Source: a virus
Lineage: Duplodnaviria > Caudoviricetes
DNA: 64,000 nucleotides
Strand: one strand, 5' to 3'
Virus record (IMG/VR): IMGVR_UViG_3300014204_000123
Span: 69,714 to 133,713 of that record
This document shows, in pieces, positions 37,601 through 46,529 of the stretch. The first letter of the stretch is position 1, and each line of letters begins with the position of its first letter. A model generated the notes under the pieces. That model made no database searches, was not told the origin of the DNA, and was given only the letters and a program-made list of their open reading frames with translations. Made by a program: the position numbers and the translations under genes.

Positions 37601-39987
37601 GCGTTACGCCTACAAGCGACTGCATATCGAATGGTCTTGGGGGTGCGCTTGCCGGTGCTACGGTTCCCGCTGCTCCTCTTGCTGCGGCGAGAAGTCGGAT
37701 CGTCGATGTTTCAGGTCGGGCCTATGATATGCCTGCGTTACCTCCTCCTGCGTCGGTTCCTATGGCCCAAGGTCGTTTGGCCGGGGCGTGGGGAAAGGCT
37801 AAGGGTTATGGGGCTGCGGGATGGAACGCTGCCAAGGGATATGGTGGTCAGGTAATGGGGCGTGCCGGTTGGGGCCTTGGCGGCCTTGTGGCGGCCCAGG
37901 CTATAGGTGGGATGATCAGCGGGGGTGGCGAAGAGGGCGGGGTCCAGGATTCTGCCGGTCGGATGATCGGGGATGTAGGAAGTGGTGCTTCGTTAGGTTT
38001 CGCTGTTGGCGGTCCATGGGGCGCGCTTATAGGTGGCGCTGCGGGTGCGGCGAAGGGGTTGTATGGTTTGTTCGATGCAGCGGAAGCGAGAGGTGAAGCT
38101 GAGAAGAAGTTGGCTCGTGATGTTGCTGGGGCGAAGTGGGTTAAGAACATGGAAGATAGTGTGAAGCCTTTTGAAGAGTCAATGAAAAAGAACGCTAAGA
38201 AGTTCGACGAGAGCATGAAGTGGTTCGATACTGCGATGTCCGAATCTGCGCTTAGCATACAGTACGTTTCCGATACTTATGATTCGCATGTAAATCAATC
38301 GCAAATTCAACTTGCTGCGCTGTCATCCGTAACTGCCGGATTAGAGGCTTACGTGAGGGGTGATGCTCCGTTGTCTCCAACACAGATAGGTGCGATGACG
38401 GGCATGATGTCTGCATTGGCAAGGCAAGGGGGAATCACTGCGGAGCAGTTCCAGGATTTTGTGACGACTGGTTCGTTGAAGGGGTTAGAAGCTCAGGTGG
38501 TTCCGTTGACGGCGGGGATCAAAGCCGAGACGGAAGTAATCACCAATGCAGATAGGATCTATGCGCTGAAGATGGAGTCCGAAAAACTACAATACGAAGC
38601 GAAACTGCTAAAAATAAAACTGAAACAGGACCAGGGAGCAAGGGATAAGGCTGCGCTTGAAGAAAAATCGGTGAAGCTAGAGGCCGATCGTCAAGCGGCC
38701 CTCCAAGTAAATGCGGCAATGGCCCCTGCACTTGCGGTTGCCCTAGATTCAATAACGAAATGGAACAGATCCCAGGCTGCCGAGAGATTCATGCTCTATG
38801 GTAGCCAAGGGCAGAGCGAAGGCGACAAGTCGCTGCTGAAGGGCCTTAGTCAGAAAGAGGTTGAGGATTTGGCTATTCTTGCCCCAAGTCTGAAAGCTCC
38901 GGCTGAAGCCGCGGTGAAAACCTTGACGGACACGCTTGCTGGATTAGGGGAGTCAGTTCCACCATTGATTACTGCGGCCATTCAGTCCATGGCTACGGAT
39001 GTCGCAGCGGGCCAGCAAGTAGAGATTGACCAATACTCTACGGCATACAGGCAGACCATGGCCGACTTAGACGTTATAGGTGCAGACATTGCCGCAAGCA
39101 GTTCTGATTTGAGTTTTGCGGCCGCCCAGTTGCTTATTGATACGGAGACTGCTGGGAATGCTTTTCTTGAAGTAGAGCGTCAAGCAAACGACCAAGCGAC
39201 TATAATGCGCGATACTGCGGCCAAAGCTCGGGATGATGCAATGGCTGCGGCTTCGGCCGAACAGGCAGCGGCGGCGAAGAGGCTGGCGGATGAGGCTGCT
39301 GCTGCTACCAAGATGGAAGCATACAATAAGGCATTAGGCCCGACGCTTGCATCGCTCAACCAGAGCAATGTCGATCTGGGGAAGTCCATTGATGGAGTTG
39401 TTTACAACGCCGATATGTGGTCGAGGGCTCAGGCCATTAGGGGCCAGCTTGATTTTGCGCTCCAGACGCTTGACGAGAACAGAGCGGCAATGGGGGAGGC
39501 GCATTACACCGCGGCGAGAGGCGAATTGCTAGGTGGGGCTCCCGGCCTTATGGAATCAAAAGAAGACCCGCTAAAGTTTGCCACGAAGATCATGAAGGAA
39601 TATAAAATTCCTGGGTGGTCATCTGGAGGCATTTCCAATGCCCGTAGGAGCGGAGACCTTTCCATTCTCCATGGAAGGGAGTTGGTGTTCCCGCTTGACG
39701 CTTCCCCGTCTCAGGAGGCTTTTGCTGGTTTGAGGGAAGCTATTGGCAGGTACGGTAACAAGGCGAGTATTGACCGGAGCGCCAACAAGACAAGGGATGC
39801 GAAGCAGTTGATTGAATTGGTGATCGACGACGAGCGGAGCCAGGAAGAACTGATTTCTGTTTTGCGTGAGGAGCTGGCGGCTGTTCGTGGAGCGTTGGGG
39901 AATCGCCGGTACGTTTTGGTTGATACCAAGGGCAAAAGTGTAGGGGCGATTGAAGACCGCAGCAAGGGCGCTGCATTGGGGGTGTAA
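34693..39987 (+). CDS. tape measure protein
   Basis: 1764 aa, helical, Ala/Gly-rich, periodic Trp repeats, glycine zipper, C-terminal GG...LHG.ELV.PL. Confidence 0.9.
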   Translation: MKLLGLGFMMGAKDRGLGRGLKDVSSGLSRIDSASSKLDKTLGSSFLPKFLQSLPVYQLDALGRSVDSLSDKFSPRGGLTTSIEQFGISAAKSGRQAAFRMGGNLDAIAGKMQKVSSAAYGLNASAESAQAAYGALAEKFTEAEIAALGFANAQDMIRMSEMIGDFKGYVGVLDELADSWGFGAKGAKELMDDIYRIGGAFGQGEASVSQMGQTLDMLGEQFASFPDKVRPEMIRAAAENITALAGALSRSGFSADEAFDKSRELFKFLSGPKVNLGKILQGRDPGGDIFDSLVKLAPALGSVADAQAMLEKSPIQFMQTMAKTYKGMDKNSTEARYLQGVMSDLGLTWALDNDSLDAYLKTIVNADGTLNKTGKSLQQAANAAYQTGLTMDEQMERVKDMFETRMNKVASKELGSLVGRTRRAYGALGDIITDLASDRGPLGLLVTKMVAVRRIGLSALFPTFGALGDMALQAVVDMAPMLAALGSMGFRFEHLVAPLGWFNKMMLGIPGTLMGVLGPVALVAGGVALLGNAFGEGSVLSESFQKRIDALPESFMRVISWLSGDKLSKSMLEGFRGMTKGEQWDTVLSAGKALALRFWDGFRTSFLAGVNLLSGWLSSAGSFLWEKKGVVVEWLKAGWTYASQTAWPWIEEQMSNLWTGVVGVISSIDWKGIGSATWAWLTSGWEWAVDSAWPAIRKAVTTLYYRVAHFAGTVDWKELGMSVWGWFEKGADWLLTNGRKYGEKLLDFMESGAVWAFENFGKIWSAVEPWIKVAGTTIWGWIGQGLSAAGNAAELISTLAVKGADYIGQGLAGIAVFLEKMDAAGVVADLISGVGRILGAVFDAAFSAFTGYEVEPTVVTTPLERAFQNMGLAIGKIANFLTGFMREIFDQMWTKVTARVSEWWSDPSRTLWEKISEVLSNAGKGILIGAIFSESIRSAIFSGISAVGSWIQSSRIVSKLGKIQEALCQSVTPTSDCISNGLGGALAGATVPAAPLAAARSRIVDVSGRAYDMPALPPPASVPMAQGRLAGAWGKAKGYGAAGWNAAKGYGGQVMGRAGWGLGGLVAAQAIGGMISGGGEEGGVQDSAGRMIGDVGSGASLGFAVGGPWGALIGGAAGAAKGLYGLFDAAEARGEAEKKLARDVAGAKWVKNMEDSVKPFEESMKKNAKKFDESMKWFDTAMSESALSIQYVSDTYDSHVNQSQIQLAALSSVTAGLEAYVRGDAPLSPTQIGAMTGMMSALARQGGITAEQFQDFVTTGSLKGLEAQVVPLTAGIKAETEVITNADRIYALKMESEKLQYEAKLLKIKLKQDQGARDKAALEEKSVKLEADRQAALQVNAAMAPALAVALDSITKWNRSQAAERFMLYGSQGQSEGDKSLLKGLSQKEVEDLAILAPSLKAPAEAAVKTLTDTLAGLGESVPPLITAAIQSMATDVAAGQQVEIDQYSTAYRQTMADLDVIGADIAASSSDLSFAAAQLLIDTETAGNAFLEVERQANDQATIMRDTAAKARDDAMAAASAEQAAAAKRLADEAAAATKMEAYNKALGPTLASLNQSNVDLGKSIDGVVYNADMWSRAQAIRGQLDFALQTLDENRAAMGEAHYTAARGELLGGAPGLMESKEDPLKFATKIMKEYKIPGWSSGGISNARRSGDLSILHGRELVFPLDASPSQEAFAGLREAIGRYGNKASIDRSANKTRDAKQLIELVIDDERSQEELISVLREELAAVRGALGNRRYVLVDTKGKSVGAIEDRSKGAALGV

Positions 39988-39990
39988 CGC

Positions 39991-40314
39991 ATGGGCGGTG
40001 TTAGGTTAGATAAGGACTCGCTTGCTTGGTTTGCTCCATTGGTGCAGTTTACTGATGGGTCTCAAGCGTTTGGGATGCTGGACTTCCCGGTTTTGGAGGA
40101 GCGCCACGATGACCAAGTATGCGTAGTCGAGTCTGGGGACACGATCGAATCTCTGGCAAAAAGGTACTATGGGTCTGCCGAGTTGTGGGTTGTCCTTGCC
40201 GTTGCCAATGACATTGAGATGCCAACGGTGGACCTTTGGGTTGGCCGGACCCTTCGGGTTCCCGATCCGGTCTATGTTGCTGAAGTTTGGAAGCCAGGGA
40301 AGGGAGCGCAATGA
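39991..40314 (+). CDS. LysM-domain baseplate protein (tail X/gp53-like)
   Basis: VVESGDTIESLAKRYYGSAELW..LA.AN.I....L.VG.TLRVP. Confidence 0.85.
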   Translation: MGGVRLDKDSLAWFAPLVQFTDGSQAFGMLDFPVLEERHDDQVCVVESGDTIESLAKRYYGSAELWVVLAVANDIEMPTVDLWVGRTLRVPDPVYVAEVWKPGKGAQ

Positions 40315-41687
40315 GCCCATTGGTAGGTGACCAGCTTGGGGCTTATGTTGAGGTAATGGTGATTGTCCCGTCTTCTAACGGGCAGCCGGAACAGCGCTTT
40401 GTGTTGTGGGGGGACACTTCGGAATCGGATGGCGTTGAGGATTTATGTGCCTATTTACAACCAGAGAGTGTTGAAGTTACCTATGGCCTCAGTCTAATCC
40501 CGGAAGTCAAGTTTGCGGCGTTTGTTCCTTGGATGGTGATGGCGGAAGTCCTGGACAGCAACATCCTGAATTCTCTTGGGTCGCTCTGGGTCAGGTTCGT
40601 GGGAACCGGGGGGATGGCATCTCCGTGGTGGGGTGGGATCACAGTCGACCCAGACGTTTCCATTGGTGATGGAGGCGCCAACGTCACATTCAATTCCAAG
40701 GGCGTGAGTGTGTCCCTTTCCCAGTTTGGGTTGAAGAAAGAGTTCCACGATTGCACCGTGGAATATGTGGTGAACAACATATTCTCTGCGCTGAGCATCG
40801 GGCCTGAGAGATATGTGTTCGAGGCGGATAAGGCCATCAAGCTAACCAAGCCGTATGTTTTCGACCGGCCGTCTCTCTGGGATAACCTATGCGTTTTCCT
40901 GGCTGAATACGGGATGGTGATTGTGGACGAGATCCAGACCGGAAGTGACCCTACGGCAAGCAACGGTGTGTCGAAGTTCTACGTTCGGCAGGTCAAGGCA
41001 CTTACCTATGCGGTAGAGAAGGTGGTTCTTCGGTACATGCCTGGAGGGCAGATAGGGGATATGGGGGACGGGACGGTTGTGTTGCCTATCCTGTCTTTTT
41101 CTTACGAGTCCAAGGTGCTCTTTGCTCCTGGTTTTGGTGATGCTCTGGTTGTGACGGTTGACCGTGAGACGCATGGCGTTTCTCAGGAAAAGAAGGCTGC
41201 CGACAAAGACTCTCACCCCGGAAACAAGGGAGGCAAGCAGACTGTTGCATCGTCGACAATCACCATGCGTGGCCTTGCGGACAAGCTATCGTCGGGGACC
41301 CTTTCGGCCTATGGGTTTCGAGGGACAGTGATCCCGGAAGTGAAGGACACGGGGACGAAGGGTGGAGGGGCAGAGAAGGCTTCGGTGGAGGTGACGAAAG
41401 ACCTCGCCATTGCTGGATTCGAGGTGGAGATCGAGACTATAGGTTCACTGATCCGGCCTGGGGATATGATCGGGGTTGACGGTTTGTGCAAGAAGTTGAA
41501 CGGCCGGTACTGGGTAAAAACGTTGGTGCAGACGGGGGGCTCAGGGGCCTGGGGAACGAAGTTGGGGTGTGTGAAGTTCGGGGACGATTCCGAAATCAAT
41601 GGAGTGGACGTAGAGCATAACCCCAGCCGTCTGGCGGATAGTTCCACTGGGGATGCGGAGAAGCAGCCAACGGAGGTTGGGGCATGA
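40311..41687 (+). CDS. baseplate hub protein (gp27/gpD-like)
   Basis: C-terminal IG.LIRPGD.I.V.GL..KLNGRYWVK; position. Confidence 0.75.
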   Translation: MSPLVGDQLGAYVEVMVIVPSSNGQPEQRFVLWGDTSESDGVEDLCAYLQPESVEVTYGLSLIPEVKFAAFVPWMVMAEVLDSNILNSLGSLWVRFVGTGGMASPWWGGITVDPDVSIGDGGANVTFNSKGVSVSLSQFGLKKEFHDCTVEYVVNNIFSALSIGPERYVFEADKAIKLTKPYVFDRPSLWDNLCVFLAEYGMVIVDEIQTGSDPTASNGVSKFYVRQVKALTYAVEKVVLRYMPGGQIGDMGDGTVVLPILSFSYESKVLFAPGFGDALVVTVDRETHGVSQEKKAADKDSHPGNKGGKQTVASSTITMRGLADKLSSGTLSAYGFRGTVIPEVKDTGTKGGGAEKASVEVTKDLAIAGFEVEIETIGSLIRPGDMIGVDGLCKKLNGRYWVKTLVQTGGSGAWGTKLGCVKFGDDSEINGVDVEHNPSRLADSSTGDAEKQPTEVGA

Positions 41688-42523
41688 GTGGGATATTCCT
41701 GAATTGGGTCGATAGGCTGGCGAGGCTTGGTCTGGAGGTTGTGTTGGGCCGGTACTATGGGGAATATGACGGTATTTGCAAGGACAATGCTGACCCATCG
41801 GGAAGAGGCAGGATCAAGGTCATGGTCCCGGCGACGGGCATTTTGGACGTTCCGTTATCGTGCTGGGCCTCACCTATATTTAGCACTGGAGCTGGCGTAG
41901 GATATGGGTCGTTCTGGCCCCCAGAGGTAGGGGACCACGTCATGGTTTCCTTCGATATGGGGGATATGGCAAAGCCGGTATACAAAGGCGGTTCGTTCAA
42001 GGTCGGAGGGGTCCCTGCTGAGTTCGCTCCCGAAGTTGGGAAGGCACCTATGAAGAGGGGATGGAAGTCTAAGGCTGGCCATTGGCTCAGGTTTGACGAC
42101 ACTCCAGGGGGCGAGAAGGTTACCATCGGGTCCAAGGGCAAGTCGTTTGTGAACCTCGACGACGGGGTGTTTATAGCTGCCAACGGCGGGAACTCAGTCT
42201 TCCAGATGAAGGATGGAACGATCGTTCTGGTTGATGCAGTTGGGAACGTTCTGAGCACCTCGTCGGACGGCTGGACGATTCAGAACGGGACGGTGTTCAT
42301 CCAGTTGAAGGGCGATATGATTCAGATGGTTGGGGCGAAGATCGCCATATGCGGTAGCACGTCTATAGGTGCTCCACAGGCGGATAGCCCGGCTGTTCGC
42401 TGGACTGAGTTGTCGTCCTGGCTGGCGACACACGCACATGACACGTTCCACGGCCCGAGCGGTCCACCATTGCAGGCGGCGTTGGTTTCCTCGTTCAAAT
42501 CGAAATCGGTGATGATCTCATGA
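41684..42523 (+). CDS. central spike (gp5/gpV-like OB fold + beta-helix, HxH apex)
   Basis: DNADP.GRGRIKV.VP, PPEVGD.V.VSF..GD, GH.LRFDD, THAH..GPSGPP. Confidence 0.88.
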   Translation: MSGIFLNWVDRLARLGLEVVLGRYYGEYDGICKDNADPSGRGRIKVMVPATGILDVPLSCWASPIFSTGAGVGYGSFWPPEVGDHVMVSFDMGDMAKPVYKGGSFKVGGVPAEFAPEVGKAPMKRGWKSKAGHWLRFDDTPGGEKVTIGSKGKSFVNLDDGVFIAANGGNSVFQMKDGTIVLVDAVGNVLSTSSDGWTIQNGTVFIQLKGDMIQMVGAKIAICGSTSIGAPQADSPAVRWTELSSWLATHAHDTFHGPSGPPLQAALVSSFKSKSVMIS

Positions 42524-42876
42524 GCAACTGCCAATTCCCTATGCCGTCGTTGCCGTCGTTGCCGAGCGCGGCGCTTCCGAGCATAACGCTGCCGTCGCTG
42601 CCGAGCCTTCCGACGCTGGCGTTGCCGGACATAGGGATAGATATCTCGTGGAGCCCCCCGACTTTGAAGCTCCCCAGTTTGCCGGGTGTGGCGTTGCCAG
42701 TGGTTACGCTGCCGAGTCTGCCGTCGCTGCCGAGCATTTCTCTCCCGGATATAGGTGTTGACTTCCCGACAATTAGTGTTGGAATTCCAAGCCTTCCTGG
42801 GTTATCGTTGCCGAGCGTGGTGCTTCCATCTTTGCCGGAGTTGCCCGACTTGGGGTTCTCCTGTCCGCTTGATTAA
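42520..42876 (+). CDS. Pro/Ser/Leu repeat protein
   Basis: three ~36-aa units of LPSLPS; single Cys near each end. Confidence 0.7.
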   Translation: MSNCQFPMPSLPSLPSAALPSITLPSLPSLPTLALPDIGIDISWSPPTLKLPSLPGVALPVVTLPSLPSLPSISLPDIGVDFPTISVGIPSLPGLSLPSVVLPSLPELPDLGFSCPLD

Positions 42877-42885
42877 GGAGTTAAA

Positions 42886-43425
42886 ATGGATAACATAGGC
42901 AGATTGGGCAAGTTGATAGGGATTAACATTATGGGCGAAAACGAAGTCAAAGATGGAATAAAGATTGCTGAAAACTCTAGGGTGGGTTACGGGTATAGGG
43001 TTACGGAAGAGCAGGGCGAAACCACAAGACTAACTGCAAAGGATTTGGCATTGTTAGAAATTGGGGATAGTGTTGTTGCGCAACATAGTGGGTTGAACTC
43101 AAGCTATATCCCTGCCGTGGTAAGTAAAAAGACACCAAAACAGATTACAATTAAGCCTGAGCCTCGTTTTGTAAAACTGATGAGTGAGATGACTTTTTCT
43201 CTCACAACGGGGAAGATGATTGGTGACGGGGGCCAGCATTGGAGTGCTGGCGACTGGACACTATTGCGTTCTGACAGCCAGTCAAAGCAGAAAGTTGAGA
43301 ATTGGCTCCAGGAACGGAAAAAACAAAGAACTATTAGGTTAGTCCAAGATGCGTCTAGCAGTCATGAGCAACTAAACAAACTTCCCATGGAAAAACTAGA
43401 GGCTATTCTTAAGCTCCTTACTTAG
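42886..43425 (+). CDS. low-GC inserted gene (moron), SH3-like barrel
   Basis: AAGGAG SD; about 38% GC in a sampled line versus about 57% around it. Confidence 0.7.
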   Translation: MDNIGRLGKLIGINIMGENEVKDGIKIAENSRVGYGYRVTEEQGETTRLTAKDLALLEIGDSVVAQHSGLNSSYIPAVVSKKTPKQITIKPEPRFVKLMSEMTFSLTTGKMIGDGGQHWSAGDWTLLRSDSQSKQKVENWLQERKKQRTIRLVQDASSSHEQLNKLPMEKLEAILKLLT

Positions 43426-43441
43426 GGGTTCCTGCGTAGGT

Positions 43442-43457
43442 CTGCAATCGATTGCAG
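43442..43457. promoter_or_regulatory. perfect 16-bp palindrome CTGCAATCGATTGCAG
   Basis: intergenic; abuts a GGGGG SD. Confidence 0.7.
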
Positions 43458-43463
43458 GGGGCG

Positions 43464-43874
43464 ATGATGCTTTCATTGTCAGTGCTACAGCAAGGGTTGA
43501 TTCAAATGGCGACAAGTCCGTCGTCGGATGTATCGTCTGCCGCTCAGCGGTTTGCTTCGGTTCTCCAGTCGTGGGCCATGGGCGCTACGGCTATGGGTAT
43601 TCCGGCGGTTCTGCCGCCCATGGGGGCTGTCATTGCTGGGTTCTCTGCCGGTGAAAAGCTGTCGAGCATCTTATCGAAGTTTTGGCCATTGGTGGTATTC
43701 CCTGGGATGATTGCTCCTCCATCAGGTCCGGCCATGATAGATCCATTGACGGTGGTAAGCTCTGATGCTTTAGGCCCTGCTGCAATTCTATCGACGGCGA
43801 TGCAGTCAAATGCTATGATGCAGATTGTGATGTTCATGGTAGGTCCTACTCCGACCCCGTTCCCTATTGTGTGA
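43464..43874 (+). CDS. hydrophobic baseplate-region protein
   Basis: almost no charged residues; between spike and gp25. Confidence 0.55.
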   Translation: MMLSLSVLQQGLIQMATSPSSDVSSAAQRFASVLQSWAMGATAMGIPAVLPPMGAVIAGFSAGEKLSSILSKFWPLVVFPGMIAPPSGPAMIDPLTVVSSDALGPAAILSTAMQSNAMMQIVMFMVGPTPTPFPIV

Positions 43875-43882
43875 GGGTGCAA

Positions 43883-44263
43883 ATGGCCATAGGGCTTAGG
43901 GATATAGCGTTTGGCCTAACGGAAAGCAATGGGGTGTTCCCTGTTGTTCTGGACGGGCCTGACTCTGTAGGTGACGTGATTTTGATCGCCACCTTGACTT
44001 CTCCAGGGGAGTTCCCTTGGCTCCCGGATTTCGGTGTTGACCTATCAGTGTTGGCATTCCAGAATGCAACGGACAAGGATTTGGGATCTAAGGCTCTGGA
44101 CATATTGAGGCAGTCGTTCTCGTCTTACCTGCCATTCGTTACCATTGTTGACGCCAAGCCCAAGACCAAGATAGAGGGCGGGAATGAGATACGGTTTATA
44201 GAGGTCCGGTATGTTTACCGCGGCGTTCCTGGAACGGTTGAAGCGTCGCTTGGGGGCATTTGA
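43883..44263 (+). CDS. baseplate wedge gp25/gpW-like protein
   Basis: LTSPGE..W.PDFG..L....F. Confidence 0.8.
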   Translation: MAIGLRDIAFGLTESNGVFPVVLDGPDSVGDVILIATLTSPGEFPWLPDFGVDLSVLAFQNATDKDLGSKALDILRQSFSSYLPFVTIVDAKPKTKIEGGNEIRFIEVRYVYRGVPGTVEASLGGI

Positions 44264-46521
44264 TGGCAACGAACGTTTCTATGGATCTTCCGGTAAGGCT
44301 ATATGGCTTGGATAGGTCATCGGTCAGGGCCTACGTCCTTCAAGCTCTAAAGTCCGACCCGACATTCGGCCCTGTATTCAACAACTTTGTCAGCGCAGGA
44401 CAGGGGATGCTGTTCGTGGAGGTCGTGGTCAATGCGACGATTCATGCGCTGTACTACGGGGACCGAAGAGCGAAGAATGCGTACCTACCGACTTCCGATA
44501 TGCGTTCGGCTGTTGCCGGTGCTTGCGAGACCTTGGGATACAAGATGCGTGGGGCTGTTGCGGGGACGGTTGATCTCGACACAGTGACGCTCCCGTCTGG
44601 TCCGTATGCGTTCGACGTTCCAATCCCTCGTGGGTTCAAGTTCACAGGGGATGGTAAAGTTTTCGAGTCGCTACAGGCGGTGACGATTCCTGCCGGTGCT
44701 ACTTCATTGGTGGGCGTCATTTCTCTGAGCCAGGGCGAGACCAAGGTCAGAACGTTCACAGGTACAGGGGTGGCGAATCAGCGGCTGGTCTTGGGGGACG
44801 TTAGCGATGCTGCCGGTAAGTTTGTGGCCAATGATTCGGTTCGGGTCTGGGTCGATGGTCTGGAGTGGGATGTTGTTGACTTCATATCATTCGACGATAC
44901 GGCGACCGAGGTCCAGGTCAACTACAATGCCACCTATCCAGAGATCCAGGGCGGCGACGGTGTGGCCGGTGAGGTGTTCCCCGATGGGGCGACGGTGAAG
45001 GTGTCTTATTTTGTGACAGATGGAGTTGCGGGCTCAGTTGCCAAGGAGCGGATCAACGCCGAAGTTTCACCATTGGTGGTCATGGGCCAGACGATTCCGC
45101 TTACGGTTCTGAATTCAACGAAGGTTGTCGGGGCATATGACCGTGAGACTCTGGCTGAGGCATCGACCACGGCTCCCAGGTGGAAAAGGACTGGGAACGT
45201 AGGTGTGTCCAGGGACGATATGGAGGCTCTGGCTGAGACGTTTTCAGATGGCCAGTACGGGACGGTGTCCAAGGCCAAAGCGCTGTCTGCGAGGTCTGCT
45301 TCGTCGGACCATGCGTTTATTGGGATGCTGTCGGACCTAGAGAACAGTGTGTCTGCTCCGTCGTCTGCGATCACCAGTGAGGTGGCTGTACTGAATGGGC
45401 TGATAGCGGACGCCACGGCATTGGTGGATTCTATCCGGTCGACCCTTACCGACCTTGGAACGACTAGATCTGACATAGTTACCCAAACGTCGGGCATAGT
45501 GGCTCAAAGAGCGGTGATAGACCCAGCGCTCGATATGCTTTCAACGTATCTATCGTCCTTGGCGTCTCATATTTCCACAATAACCGTTGGCGTTACCGCC
45601 ATAAAAACTGATTCAGCACTTGCTCTAGGCATGATGGGCACGACCATAACCAGCGGCGGCGTGCTAACCGAGTTAGAGCCAACGGTATACAATCAGCTCT
45701 TGGCGTACATTATAAGCTTGAACACAAACGGGTCGGACGTGGAGGCGAAGCACGGCGCTTTGTCAACGGACAGAACAAATATCTCTGCTGTTGGCACGGC
45801 TCTTTCCGGTGCAACCAGTGCTTTGACAACGATTACCAACGCTCTAGTGGGGGACACGTCTGATATTTTGGCTCAGGGCATTTCCATGATGGCGGACGTG
45901 ACCGCCCTTTCCAACGTGGGGGCCACTTCTGGCAAATTGGTAGACACTACGGCATCCGTCCTGGTTGTTGAAAACGAGAACGTGGGATGGCAGGATGCAG
46001 CGATGGAGCTTTCTGCCGACCTATATGACTACTTGGATAGCATTCTGGCTCATGACTGCAAAGCCAACGTTATCAGCTTGCCGATCCTGACTCTCGATTC
46101 GGATGGATTCTATGCCGCTCCGTCAATTGGCCTTGTCGCAAGGCTCGAAGAGTGGATGAACGCCGGGAGGGTTAGTCCAGCGGTCTATGTCTCTGTGGCG
46201 TCTGGGGAGGACTTCCTGGTCGAGGCCGATATCACCATTACCGGGGTGGTGCTGCCTGGGAATCTTGTCGCCACGGTCGAGAGTGATCTGGCAGATGTTG
46301 TGGACGGGGTCTTGAAGGGCCGTGCTTTTGGGGCGACTCTATATGAGAAGGAATTCTATGATGCGATCCGGGATGCTTCGGTTCCCGGAGTGGGGACTGC
46401 TCTGACTGTAAAGATCGTCGGGGACCCTGCATATCTTGACACTAATGGTAACCTTGCTATTGACTCTACCCATGTGGTCACCAAGGGAACCATAACATTC
46501 AATTTGACTGCTACGGTGTGA
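44263..46521 (+). CDS. baseplate J/gp6-like wedge protein with long helical insertion
   Basis: N-terminal YY.DR.A.NAYL.T...R.AV...LGYK, GDGVAG..P.G, ETL...AP, VS..D.E.LA. Confidence 0.85.
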   Translation: MATNVSMDLPVRLYGLDRSSVRAYVLQALKSDPTFGPVFNNFVSAGQGMLFVEVVVNATIHALYYGDRRAKNAYLPTSDMRSAVAGACETLGYKMRGAVAGTVDLDTVTLPSGPYAFDVPIPRGFKFTGDGKVFESLQAVTIPAGATSLVGVISLSQGETKVRTFTGTGVANQRLVLGDVSDAAGKFVANDSVRVWVDGLEWDVVDFISFDDTATEVQVNYNATYPEIQGGDGVAGEVFPDGATVKVSYFVTDGVAGSVAKERINAEVSPLVVMGQTIPLTVLNSTKVVGAYDRETLAEASTTAPRWKRTGNVGVSRDDMEALAETFSDGQYGTVSKAKALSARSASSDHAFIGMLSDLENSVSAPSSAITSEVAVLNGLIADATALVDSIRSTLTDLGTTRSDIVTQTSGIVAQRAVIDPALDMLSTYLSSLASHISTITVGVTAIKTDSALALGMMGTTITSGGVLTELEPTVYNQLLAYIISLNTNGSDVEAKHGALSTDRTNISAVGTALSGATSALTTITNALVGDTSDILAQGISMMADVTALSNVGATSGKLVDTTASVLVVENENVGWQDAAMELSADLYDYLDSILAHDCKANVISLPILTLDSDGFYAAPSIGLVARLEEWMNAGRVSPAVYVSVASGEDFLVEADITITGVVLPGNLVATVESDLADVVDGVLKGRAFGATLYEKEFYDAIRDASVPGVGTALTVKIVGDPAYLDTNGNLAIDSTHVVTKGTITFNLTATV

Positions 46522-46529
46522 GGTAAGAT

